DNA of 64,000 bases from a virus (Duplodnaviria; Caudoviricetes). The stretch lies in IMG/VR virus record IMGVR_UViG_3300028805_000094, positions 16,181 through 80,180 of that record. One strand, 5' to 3'. The notes under the pieces are model-generated. The model ran no database searches, was not told where the DNA came from, and saw only the letters and a program-made list of their open reading frames with translations. A program made the translations under genes and the position numbers. How positions within the stretch are numbered: position 1 is the first letter of the stretch; every line of letters starts with the position of its first letter. Below, piece after piece: positions 9,102-16,150 of the stretch.

Positions 9102-9437
9102 TTAGCTCCTCTTCTTGTATACATAAACCTTGTCATTAGACTTGCGGTCGATTACATCGCTCCAATAATGGTTAAGGCCATAACTCAGTTTGGAACGGCT
9201 GAAATTTTCGGGGAGAGCATCCTTCACGCTTTCATAAAGCTCTGCCGCGGTGACTTCTTCATCGGTCATATTTGCGAGAACAACGGCCTTCGCGCGCTCG
9301 TAAAGCGCCTTATTCACGGCGGCCTTTTCCGCACCCTTGTTAAGTTCTGCTTCAAGTTCGGCCTTGATTTCATCAAGATTCGTCAGAGTAGCGCCATTCA
9401 GATAGTTGACGAGAGACTGCATAGTGGACTTCTTCAT
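9102..9437 (-). CDS. winged helix-turn-helix protein, paralog 4 of 4
   Basis: VTAAELYESVKDALPENFSRSKLSYGLNHYW...DKVYVYK; closest by eye to ORF 615. Confidence 0.65.
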   Translation of the reverse strand: MKKSTMQSLVNYLNGATLTNLDEIKAELEAELNKGAEKAAVNKALYERAKAVVLANMTDEEVTAAELYESVKDALPENFSRSKLSYGLNHYWSDVIDRKSNDKVYVYKKRS

Positions 9438-9514
9438 AATAAAACCCTTTCTGGTTTGTAAGAGTTTTCCTTCTCTTGTTTACATTATTATTATATCACA
9501 GGATTTTGTTTTTG

Positions 9515-9706
9515 TCAAGTATGATCTCGTAAAAAATTGTGAAGTTCATACAGGATTCGTGTTAAGTCTGCATACAATTGATTTTCTTCTTCTGCGTCTG
9601 CATCTTCAATATCTTTAACCCATTCATTGACTAAGTTATAAAAGTCAATAATCTTCTGACGGTCTTGCCCTTCCATAGTTACTGTGATAGTCTTTTCAAT
9701 CTTCAT
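9515..9706 (-). CDS. small acidic hypothetical protein
   Basis: 63-aa ORF with RBS and palindrome promoter at 9774. Confidence 0.6.
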   Translation of the reverse strand: MKIEKTITVTMEGQDRQKIIDFYNLVNEWVKDIEDADAEEENQLYADLTRILYELHNFLRDHT

Positions 9707-9816
9707 ATCTTTTAGCTCCTTTCTTTTATGGCTATATTATAATACAAGAAAAGAGAAAAGTCAACTTTTAGAATTAGATGTTAAACATCTAATCCTTAAA
9801 AATAAAAAAACGGCAT

Positions 9817-10323
9817 TCAGGAAGAATGCCGCATAAATTCATTACAAGCGTAATCAATAACGATGCCAATGTTATTTTTATAACCAATATTCCACTCGTG
9901 TAAATCTTCCACATTATTATATACATATTCTTCTTCATCAATGCTCCAATTGGTCATTCTATCTGAACCGATTCCGCCAATTCTGGGCATAATGTAGAAC
10001 GCGCGCCCATGGCATACAAACTTTGTGATTTTAGCAAAGAGATATTCATATCCATCATCTTCCGCGCGCTGATAAAATTCGCATTCATCTTCACATCCGC
10101 CAAAATATTGAATTTTTGTGGGATTATAGTCAATTTTGACTACATAGTCAGACGTAATCAGAACAACACGGCAAGCGCCAGATTCTACACGTACATGACG
10201 TTTTTTTGCTTCATTATAACGCTTAATTGCTTTTTCAAAATCATCGGGCATATAACAATTTTTAAGATACTCTGCAATCTGCTGAATAAACTTCTTTGCG
10301 CGGACTTCATAACTTGTTTTCAT
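9817..10323 (-). CDS. minimal protein-kinase-like (phosphotransferase) fold protein
   Basis: SGACRVV (Gly loop), VVK (ATP lysine), E in the helix-C position, DLHEWN (catalytic loop), IDYA (DFG-like). Confidence 0.7.
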   Translation of the reverse strand: MKTSYEVRAKKFIQQIAEYLKNCYMPDDFEKAIKRYNEAKKRHVRVESGACRVVLITSDYVVKIDYNPTKIQYFGGCEDECEFYQRAEDDGYEYLFAKITKFVCHGRAFYIMPRIGGIGSDRMTNWSIDEEEYVYNNVEDLHEWNIGYKNNIGIVIDYACNEFMRHSS

Positions 10324-10438
10324 ATTAGCGCCCTTCTTTCTTTTAGTTGCCTACATTATAACACGTTTCGGGAAAAAGTCAACAGAGAGACTTAGATGTT
10401 AAACATCTAAGTTTTTAAAAATGAAATAAAGGGTGTTA

Positions 10439-10876
10439 TTAACCCTTTATTAAATTTTGTAATACTTCCATAATATCGCAAGGTTCATAACTTTCGCCGC
10501 CCCAATTTGTGCGGTTTTGCGCTTCATCATCAAAGAGGATGCCATCACCGCAAGTTTCCCATTTATTGATGCCGTATTTTGTAATTTTTATATAATTCCA
10601 CTCAACACTCGGCAGATGCTTTTCCAACCAGCTTCTTTTTGTTTCAGCAACTATTTCATTGTAGCTTTCCGTCCCGCTCTTGCTTAGCCAGCTAATAATC
10701 CCAATCTCATAGCCAGCTCGTTGAAGCGTGTTCAGCTTGCGGGCAAGCTGTGACAGATTGACCAGCGGGCGCGCGACTGCGTAGGGCGTGGGGTCTGATG
10801 CGATAAGCATATCAAGCCAGTTATTCACGCCGTAGAGGTCTGCGATAGTGCCGTCCATATCAAACCATATCTTCAT
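10439..10876 (-). CDS. HAD-superfamily hydrolase, 5'(3')-deoxyribonucleotidase-like
   Basis: Motif I FDMDGT, motif II ISW(S/T), motif IV LFDD. Confidence 0.82.
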   Translation of the reverse strand: MKIWFDMDGTIADLYGVNNWLDMLIASDPTPYAVARPLVNLSQLARKLNTLQRAGYEIGIISWLSKSGTESYNEIVAETKRSWLEKHLPSVEWNYIKITKYGINKWETCGDGILFDDEAQNRTNWGGESYEPCDIMEVLQNLIKG

Positions 10877-10984
10877 TTTCTTTTTATTTCCTTTCCCTTT
10901 GATGGTGATAGTATAGCATAGTAAAAGGGAAAAGTCAACGGAAGGGATTAGATGTTAAACATCTAATATTATTAGGGAGTGGAA

Positions 10985-11107
10985 TTACTCCCACCCTGTT
11001 TCATACTCATTATTATGTTCTTCAAGGTATTTATAGAAGTTTTCCCAATCTTCTTCCAATTCCTTTAATTCTTCCTGCGAATAACCTTCCCAAATATCAT
11101 CTGACAT
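10985..11107 (-). CDS. 40-aa highly acidic peptide
   Basis: Manual translation MSDDIWEGYSQEELKELEEDWENFYKYLEEHNNEYETGWE; AGGAG RBS; terminator overlapping the stop. Confidence 0.65.
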   Translation of the reverse strand: MSDDIWEGYSQEELKELEEDWENFYKYLEEHNNEYETGWE

Positions 11108-11155
11108 ATTATATATCTCCTTTTTTGTTGTTTGGTTCTTTAATTTTAAAAATTG

Positions 11156-11503
11156 TCAATTATTATTAGAAAAGAACTCACGAATGTTAAACCATTTATC
11201 TTCTATTAGATTACCAATTTCATCAATGGTTCCGCCCCATTCGTTTGTCTTGCATCGTACATACTTGCCTTTCAAATCTTCCCAATATTCTACGCCAACT
11301 GTATTCATAATTTTCATTATAGCTACAAGTCCATTACCAGAATTAGCTTTAAATTCTTTAGCGCCTAAATATCCATGACCGATACAATATCCGCCATAAC
11401 AACAACCCCAGCCATCACCTTCAAGTGTTAAATCAAAAGTTAAGCAACCATGATCGGCCATAGAAATACGCGTATCTATAATTTTTGCGTTCTCAATATT
11501 CAT
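11156..11503 (-). CDS. conserved phage hypothetical protein
   Basis: ENAKI...DHGCLT...GYLG...WEDLKGKYVR pattern seen in Firmicutes phage proteins. Confidence 0.7.
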   Translation of the reverse strand: MNIENAKIIDTRISMADHGCLTFDLTLEGDGWGCCYGGYCIGHGYLGAKEFKANSGNGLVAIMKIMNTVGVEYWEDLKGKYVRCKTNEWGGTIDEIGNLIEDKWFNIREFFSNNN

Positions 11504-11625
11504 ATTTATCGCTCCTTTTTTCGGTAGTTTCTTTCTTTATCGTGATTAGAGTATACACTATAATAAGGAAAAAGTCAACAAGAGAAATTAGATGTTTAAC
11601 ATCTAAGACAAAAACGGCTTAGGGA

Positions 11626-11904
11626 TTATTCAATCCCTAAGTTATTCAAAATTTGAAGCGCTTCTTTATAATCTTTCTTGTACGTGTAGTAAAACCAACG
11701 TGTATGATTTTTACAGATAATAGAAAGATATTCACCATTGAAAATTTTTCCGCGTCCGAAGCCGCCTGCGTAGGTGATTTTATAATGTCCGTTTCTCATG
11801 TCAATTCTAATCATGTAATTATTACGCCCGTCAACTTTTGATACTAATTCACTGAGACTAGTTTCTTCAATCAATTCCGCGCACATTTCAAGAATTTTAT
11901 TCAT
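11626..11904 (-). CDS. hypothetical protein, paralog of 4564-4872
   Basis: NYMIRI and YYTYKKD motifs. Confidence 0.7.
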   Translation of the reverse strand: MNKILEMCAELIEETSLSELVSKVDGRNNYMIRIDMRNGHYKITYAGGFGRGKIFNGEYLSIICKNHTRWFYYTYKKDYKEALQILNNLGIE

Positions 11905-12276
11905 GGTTTTTATTTCCTTTCTTTTGATGGCGTAAGTATAACATAATGGGAAAAAGAAGTCAAGAGAAAAAGTTAGATGTTAAACATCTAATTTAAAATG
12001 AAATTCGGGATAAATTAAAATTATATATGTTATAGAATAGTAAAAATGAAATAAAATGAAATTACAGGATTATAATGAAATAATAGTTATATATAAGAAA
12101 AGATATGAAACAAAATGAAATTCTGCATTTTTCTTTTACTTTTTCTTTACTTATATTATATAATATAAAATAAAAATTGTCAATATTTATCATTAGATGT
12201 TTAACATCTAATGTTATTTATTAAGTTTGTTATAAAAATAACAATACCGTTTAATAAAAAAGAAATAGGCTTTCGC

Positions 12277-12612
12277 CTATTTCCAAATGGTTTTTCCGTT
12301 CTGAGTGAAGAACGTTTGATTCCTGTCAACCTTTTTCCTGAGATAGGAAGGAATTTTCTTCGGCCCGCCGTATATCGCAACCAATTCCCTATAAGTTGTT
12401 ACATACATTGTAATAATTGTATCTTTTCTTTCATTCTTTACAATCGTGATTCCTGTATCTGTTACGCAAGTATAAGTGCCTTGTTTGCCCTCTCTAATCT
12501 GCGCGGGACTGCGGAAATATTTCTCAATAATTATTTGACCGATTCCAATTTCATTAACGATATGGGAAACTCTGTTTGCTCTTTGTACTTCGCAATGATA
12601 ACTCATTTTCAT
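12277..12612 (-). CDS. hypothetical protein (possible small RNase fold); the only early gene seen ending in TAG
   Basis: SYH...R..R N-terminus and ...IITMY strand; the TAG lies inside a terminator hairpin at 12263-12282. Confidence 0.65.
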   Translation of the reverse strand: MKMSYHCEVQRANRVSHIVNEIGIGQIIIEKYFRSPAQIREGKQGTYTCVTDTGITIVKNERKDTIITMYVTTYRELVAIYGGPKKIPSYLRKKVDRNQTFFTQNGKTIWK

Positions 12613-12746
12613 TTTGTAATACCAACCTTTCTTTTGTTGTTTGGTTCTTTCTTTTTACGATTGTATTATATAATGAAATGGGAATTTTGTCAACGGATAG
12701 AATTAGATGTTAAACATCTAATTTGGGAATGAAATGAAATGCGGTT

Positions 12747-12995
12747 TCACCGCATTTCAGTAATTGCCATTTTTTCATTTTCCATTTTGATTTCATCGGA
12801 AATGTATACACGGTCTTTGAAAAAGAATGCGATAACTTCGCCTGTTTCACTATTCATAACGTCTGTTTCAATACCGCGATTTTCAAACATAGAACGTGCG
12901 GTATAGATTGCGCCGAAAGCCGTTTCAAAAGTAAAACCGTAATCATAAACCTTGTGATTGAGATAGCAAGTGATTTCGTACTTCATGTTTTTCAT
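12747..12995 (-). CDS. hypothetical protein
   Basis: ORF with RBS, palindrome promoter at 13060 and a stop-overlapping terminator. Confidence 0.65.
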   Translation of the reverse strand: MKNMKYEITCYLNHKVYDYGFTFETAFGAIYTARSMFENRGIETDVMNSETGEVIAFFFKDRVYISDEIKMENEKMAITEMR

Positions 12996-13360
12996 TTCCT
13001 TTCTTTTTCTTTTGTGATTGTATTATATTCTATTATGGGATAAAAGTCAAGTATTTTTTTTAGATGTTAAACATCTAATTTGAAAATGAAATGAGAGAAT
13101 TAGTATTCTCTCATTTCAACGCTATATTTTAGTCCCCATTCTTGTGCAAGTTTACTAGATTCTGCGAACTTTCGGGATTTTTCTGCCTCTTCAAAAGTTG
13201 CGAACGGCCCATCAAAAACAAAATCAAATTCGTCAATTACATACCATACGGACATTTTTATTTCTCCTTTATTTGATAAGTTAATTATATTATACTTTTA
13301 GGATTTTGTCAATAGGCATTTTTATATATTTAATATTTAAAATATAATATGAAATTCCAA

Positions 13361-13564
13361 TTATTTAGTGTTATAACTAAATAAGTAACGTACTCCTACA
13401 CATATTATAAAGAAAGTCCAATAATTGAAATGCGCGGCATTGAAAGTATCTGCAAGAACGCGATTCCATACAATAGTAAAAAGTGCGGCAGGAAAGGCTA
13501 CATGTGCGAGAAAATTACCAATAATATGAGCGATAATTTTGCAACATTTTTCTTTATTTTCCAT
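13361..13564 (-). CDS. small membrane protein (two hydrophobic segments)
   Basis: Start at 13564 behind an AGGAG RBS; hydrophobic IIAHIIGNFLAHVAFPAALFTIVW and YWTFFIICVGVRYLF. Confidence 0.6.
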   Translation of the reverse strand: MENKEKCCKIIAHIIGNFLAHVAFPAALFTIVWNRVLADTFNAAHFNYWTFFIICVGVRYLFSYNTK

Positions 13565-13692
13565 AACTAATTCTCCTTTTGGTTTTAGGACTTTTTTCTT
13601 ATTCTTTATTGTGATTATATTATAATAGTTTAGAAATGAAATGTCAAGTTTTATTTTAGATGTTAAACATCTAAAATAAAATAAAAGAGGGA

Positions 13693-13887
13693 TTACTCCC
13701 TCGTATCTCTCCACTCCCAAGGAAAAAGAAGTTGCGTATGAAATGGCCTACCATAGTCAATCATGTTAAAAAACTCTGCGATTTTGCTGGTGATAAATAC
13801 GTGCCACGGAACGGCGGAAATATACGTTTCTCCATCATCATATACTTCAATGATTGCCTTACGATACGCCATAATTTTCCGCAACAT
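13693..13887 (-). CDS. hypothetical protein
   Basis: AGGAG RBS; stop inside the terminator GAGGGAG-TAA-TCCCTC. Confidence 0.65.
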   Translation of the reverse strand: MLRKIMAYRKAIIEVYDDGETYISAVPWHVFITSKIAEFFNMIDYGRPFHTQLLFPWEWRDTRE

Positions 13888-14163
13888 TCTTAATCTCCTT
13901 TTGGTTTTTAAAAGTTATCCTTCTTTTATTTTGTAACTATATTATATAAGAGTAATTGAAAGAAGTCAATAGATAAGAATAGATGTTAAACATCTAATAT
14001 TATACAAGTCTTTTATATCTTTAATTAAATAATAATAATCGCCTTGTCTTGTCGTGCGCTTATACCTTATTGCTATCTATTTAACCTTCTTATCCTATCA
14101 AAGGTTTTATCTATTACTTAACAATTAAGTTACGTCATAGCATTGTATGCTATGACGTATTAC

Positions 14164-14403
14164 TTACCTATACTTCTCCATGCTCCGAACCATTCCATAG
14201 ATAAAGTCATTCAATTCTTCTTCTGTATACACTATCATATCATTGATTGATTCATTGTGTATAACAATCTCATAGACACGACTGTAAGTGTACTTTCTCC
14301 AATGGCGCGCCCGCATCTCTCGTGCGATAGCATCTTCAATGAACTCCCACATCGGTGTACCATAGTAGATAGCGGTGTAAACATTTGATAGCTTAATCTT
14401 CAT
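14164..14403 (-). CDS. hypothetical protein
   Basis: 79-aa ORF with an AGGAG RBS and a TTGACA promoter near 14462. Confidence 0.6.
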   Translation of the reverse strand: MKIKLSNVYTAIYYGTPMWEFIEDAIAREMRARHWRKYTYSRVYEIVIHNESINDMIVYTEEELNDFIYGMVRSMEKYR

Positions 14404-14464
14404 GGCGTTTAGCTCCTTTGCTTTTTCTTCTTCGCTTAGATTATATCACATTTTGTAGCTTGTG

Positions 14465-14662
14465 TCAATACTTTTTCTCGCTTGCCAGCTTGCTTTTTAG
14501 TTGTAGCTTGCCAGCTTGCTTCCAGCTCGCCTGCGCAATAGGCGGCCCTGTGGTGCGCTGTTTGGCCTTCGCTTGCCCGCGCCTGCCCTGCGCTGTTCGG
14601 TGGCGCGCCCATGGGCTTCCACACAATTTGTATGTGATGCTATTTGTGTGTATCATCTTCAT
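14465..14662 (-). CDS. basic 65-aa ORF in a GC-rich repeat segment (may instead be non-coding)
   Basis: GAGG RBS and palindrome promoter at 14734, but atypically GC-rich with direct repeats. Confidence 0.35.
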   Translation of the reverse strand: MKMIHTNSITYKLCGSPWARHRTAQGRRGQAKAKQRTTGPPIAQASWKQAGKLQLKSKLASEKKY

Positions 14663-14800
14663 CTTTTTGCCCTCTTTTCGTCTCTTTTCATAGTCTATTA
14701 TACACTTTTTTACGCAAAAGTCAACGAGGGAAGTTAGATGTTAAACATCTAATATATACATTTTGTGTGTGTTAGTTAGATAAAACTAACATATGTGTGT

Positions 14801-14899
14801 TATATAACTTAAGTTATATATTCTTGTATGTATAACTTAAGTTATATATTATGTATCATATAACTTAAGTTATTTATCGTGTTATATAACTTAAGTTAT
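14801..14899. repeat. four copies of the palindrome ATAACTTAAGTTAT in AT-rich DNA
   Basis: Cores at 14804, 14832, 14860 and 14886 (spacing 28, 28, 26). Confidence 0.92.
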
Positions 14900-14959
14900 T
14901 TATCCGTAACATGTTAGATGTACCTAACAGATACGCATAGAAAAAGGGTCTATTGCTTT

Positions 14960-15268
14960 TCAGCAATAGACCAGAGACATGTCAGACCATTTAAGAATGC
15001 TGATTTGATTGCATTTTCTTCCAATATCGAGCGCTTCCTTTTTAGTGCTAACACGCTTACTTTTATCAATATAATAAATACCGTCACTGTACCAGACGCC
15101 ACAAGTGCCATTATATTGCTTTATGGCTTTCATAGCTTCCAGCGGCGTTTTGCACTCTTTGCCCTCCGTAGCGACTTGATAACCGCTCTTATACGTTATA
15201 GCTTTCCCATTTTTCAAGGTCAATCCGTCATTATTTTCCAGCTTGCGAATCGTGCGAATATTAATCAT
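14960..15268 (-). CDS. hypothetical protein with distant SAM-lyase-like motif layout
   Basis: GVW...YYID.S...A..IG...NQISI pattern; stop-overlapping terminator. Confidence 0.5.
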   Translation of the reverse strand: MINIRTIRKLENNDGLTLKNGKAITYKSGYQVATEGKECKTPLEAMKAIKQYNGTCGVWYSDGIYYIDKSKRVSTKKEALDIGRKCNQISILKWSDMSLVYC

Positions 15269-15305
15269 GGTTTAATCCTCCATTCTTTGAGTGGATATAG
15301 AGGCT

Positions 15306-15521
15306 TTACGCCTCTATATCCTCGTTCTCTGCCAGCTCTCTAAATTGTACTGTTTTGAAGTTTGGAAGCGTCAATCCAATGGCCCAATAATAAATAGCCG
15401 GATCATCTTCATATAAAATTCGCGCGCCCTGTGCTTTTAATTCTTCGATCTGCTTTAAAACTTCTTTGTGGGTCAATAGTGTAGCTTTAGTCCCATCAAT
15501 ACGGATGTACCTAGTTTTCAT
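15306..15521 (-). CDS. hypothetical protein
   Basis: AGGAGG RBS; stop inside the terminator GATATAGAGGC-GTAAA-GCCTCTATATC. Confidence 0.65.
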   Translation of the reverse strand: MKTRYIRIDGTKATLLTHKEVLKQIEELKAQGARILYEDDPAIYYWAIGLTLPNFKTVQFRELAENEDIEA

Positions 15522-15580
15522 AGCTTGTATCCTCCTCTTATTCGTCGGTTAGTTGGATGGGAAGGGAAGAGCCCGAAGGC

Positions 15581-16150
15581 TCATTCCCGTTCCTCTTTGA
15601 AGGTTCTCAGCGTCGGAAGCTGTCCTGCTAAGAGTAGAAAGAATAGTGCGTTCCTCAGCTTGCGAAGCGGTGTAGGTTGGAAAGCTAGCACTCCGCGGCT
15701 TGTCATGTGGAACACCCCCGCAAGTCCTTTGCGCGAACACGTTCCGGCAATTTCGATGAATGCCGAACGTTCCATAACGACTGTATTGTCCGGAATATCC
15801 TCAGCCGTTTCAATCCTATCCATAAGCGGAAAGACAATGTAAGCAGCGTTTGGCATAACGTCCGTTTCATCCCATTCATAGCTTGAAGGAATGCCTACAG
15901 TTCCGCCGGTCTTAATTTCCGCCACTTTTCCGAATAGCTTCATATCCGCTTTCCCTGCCGAACGTGCGCGGAAATCGCTTTCATTACGTAATCCGCCATT
16001 GTACCAAAAATCACGGACATACGCTTCTACAGCCTTTTGAGATATTGCGAAGGTTTCCGCCGTGCTGCCTTTTTGACGTTCATTAATCGAACGTTCAGTC
16101 ATTGCATGAATGGCACTTTCGCGTCTGTTTTCGCTCATCCGCATTTTCAT
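15581..16150 (-). CDS. putative PD-(D/E)XK nuclease
   Basis: KADMKLFGKVAEIKTG gives the D...ExK layout; outermost gene of the leftward array; TTGACT/TAAGAT promoter near 16197-16225. Confidence 0.55.
   Translation of the reverse strand: MKMRMSENRRESAIHAMTERSINERQKGSTAETFAISQKAVEAYVRDFWYNGGLRNESDFRARSAGKADMKLFGKVAEIKTGGTVGIPSSYEWDETDVMPNAAYIVFPLMDRIETAEDIPDNTVVMERSAFIEIAGTCSRKGLAGVFHMTSRGVLAFQPTPLRKLRNALFFLLLAGQLPTLRTFKEERE

Larger units (their letters stand above)
953..9456 (-). promoter_or_regulatory. conserved 5' leader GAAGGAAAAC-N-AAACCAGAAAGG-N-ATG on eight genes
   Basis: Plus-strand CCTTTCTGGTT at 953, 2010, 4046, 5302, 6151, 8154, 8693 and 9446, each just upstream of a minus-strand start codon. 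Confidence 0.85.
572..14752. repeat. dispersed 19-bp palindrome TTAGATGTT[A/T]AACATCTAA, 24 copies, promoter-associated
   Basis: Starts at 572, 1145, 1542, 2389, 3240, 4124, 4957, 5555, 6353, 7090, 7413, 8233, 9059, 9774, 10392, 10948, 11588, 11973, 12193, 12703, 13060, 13656, 13979 (one mismatch) and 14734. Each lies 8-10 nt (mostly 9) upstream of a minus-strand TTG -35 hexamer. Confidence 0.97.

Noticed and set aside
600-9461. Plus-strand ORFs such as 600-968, 1563-2126, 5648-6307, 8274-8729 and 9168-9461
   Set aside because: Antisense shadows of codon-biased minus-strand genes, with no RBS or promoter support.
572-14752. CRISPR array formed by the 19-bp repeats
   Set aside because: Intervals are about 200-900 bp, irregular, and contain promoters and genes; no cas genes in the window.
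572-14752. Integron attC or tyrosine-recombinase sites (the centre matches GTTRRRY/RYYYAAC)
   Set aside because: Too short for attC, with no L boxes or extrahelical bases; arm order is opposite to attC; core orientation is mixed (10 versus 14) while all genes stay co-directional; no integrase seen. Not excluded as homology for ordinary recombination.
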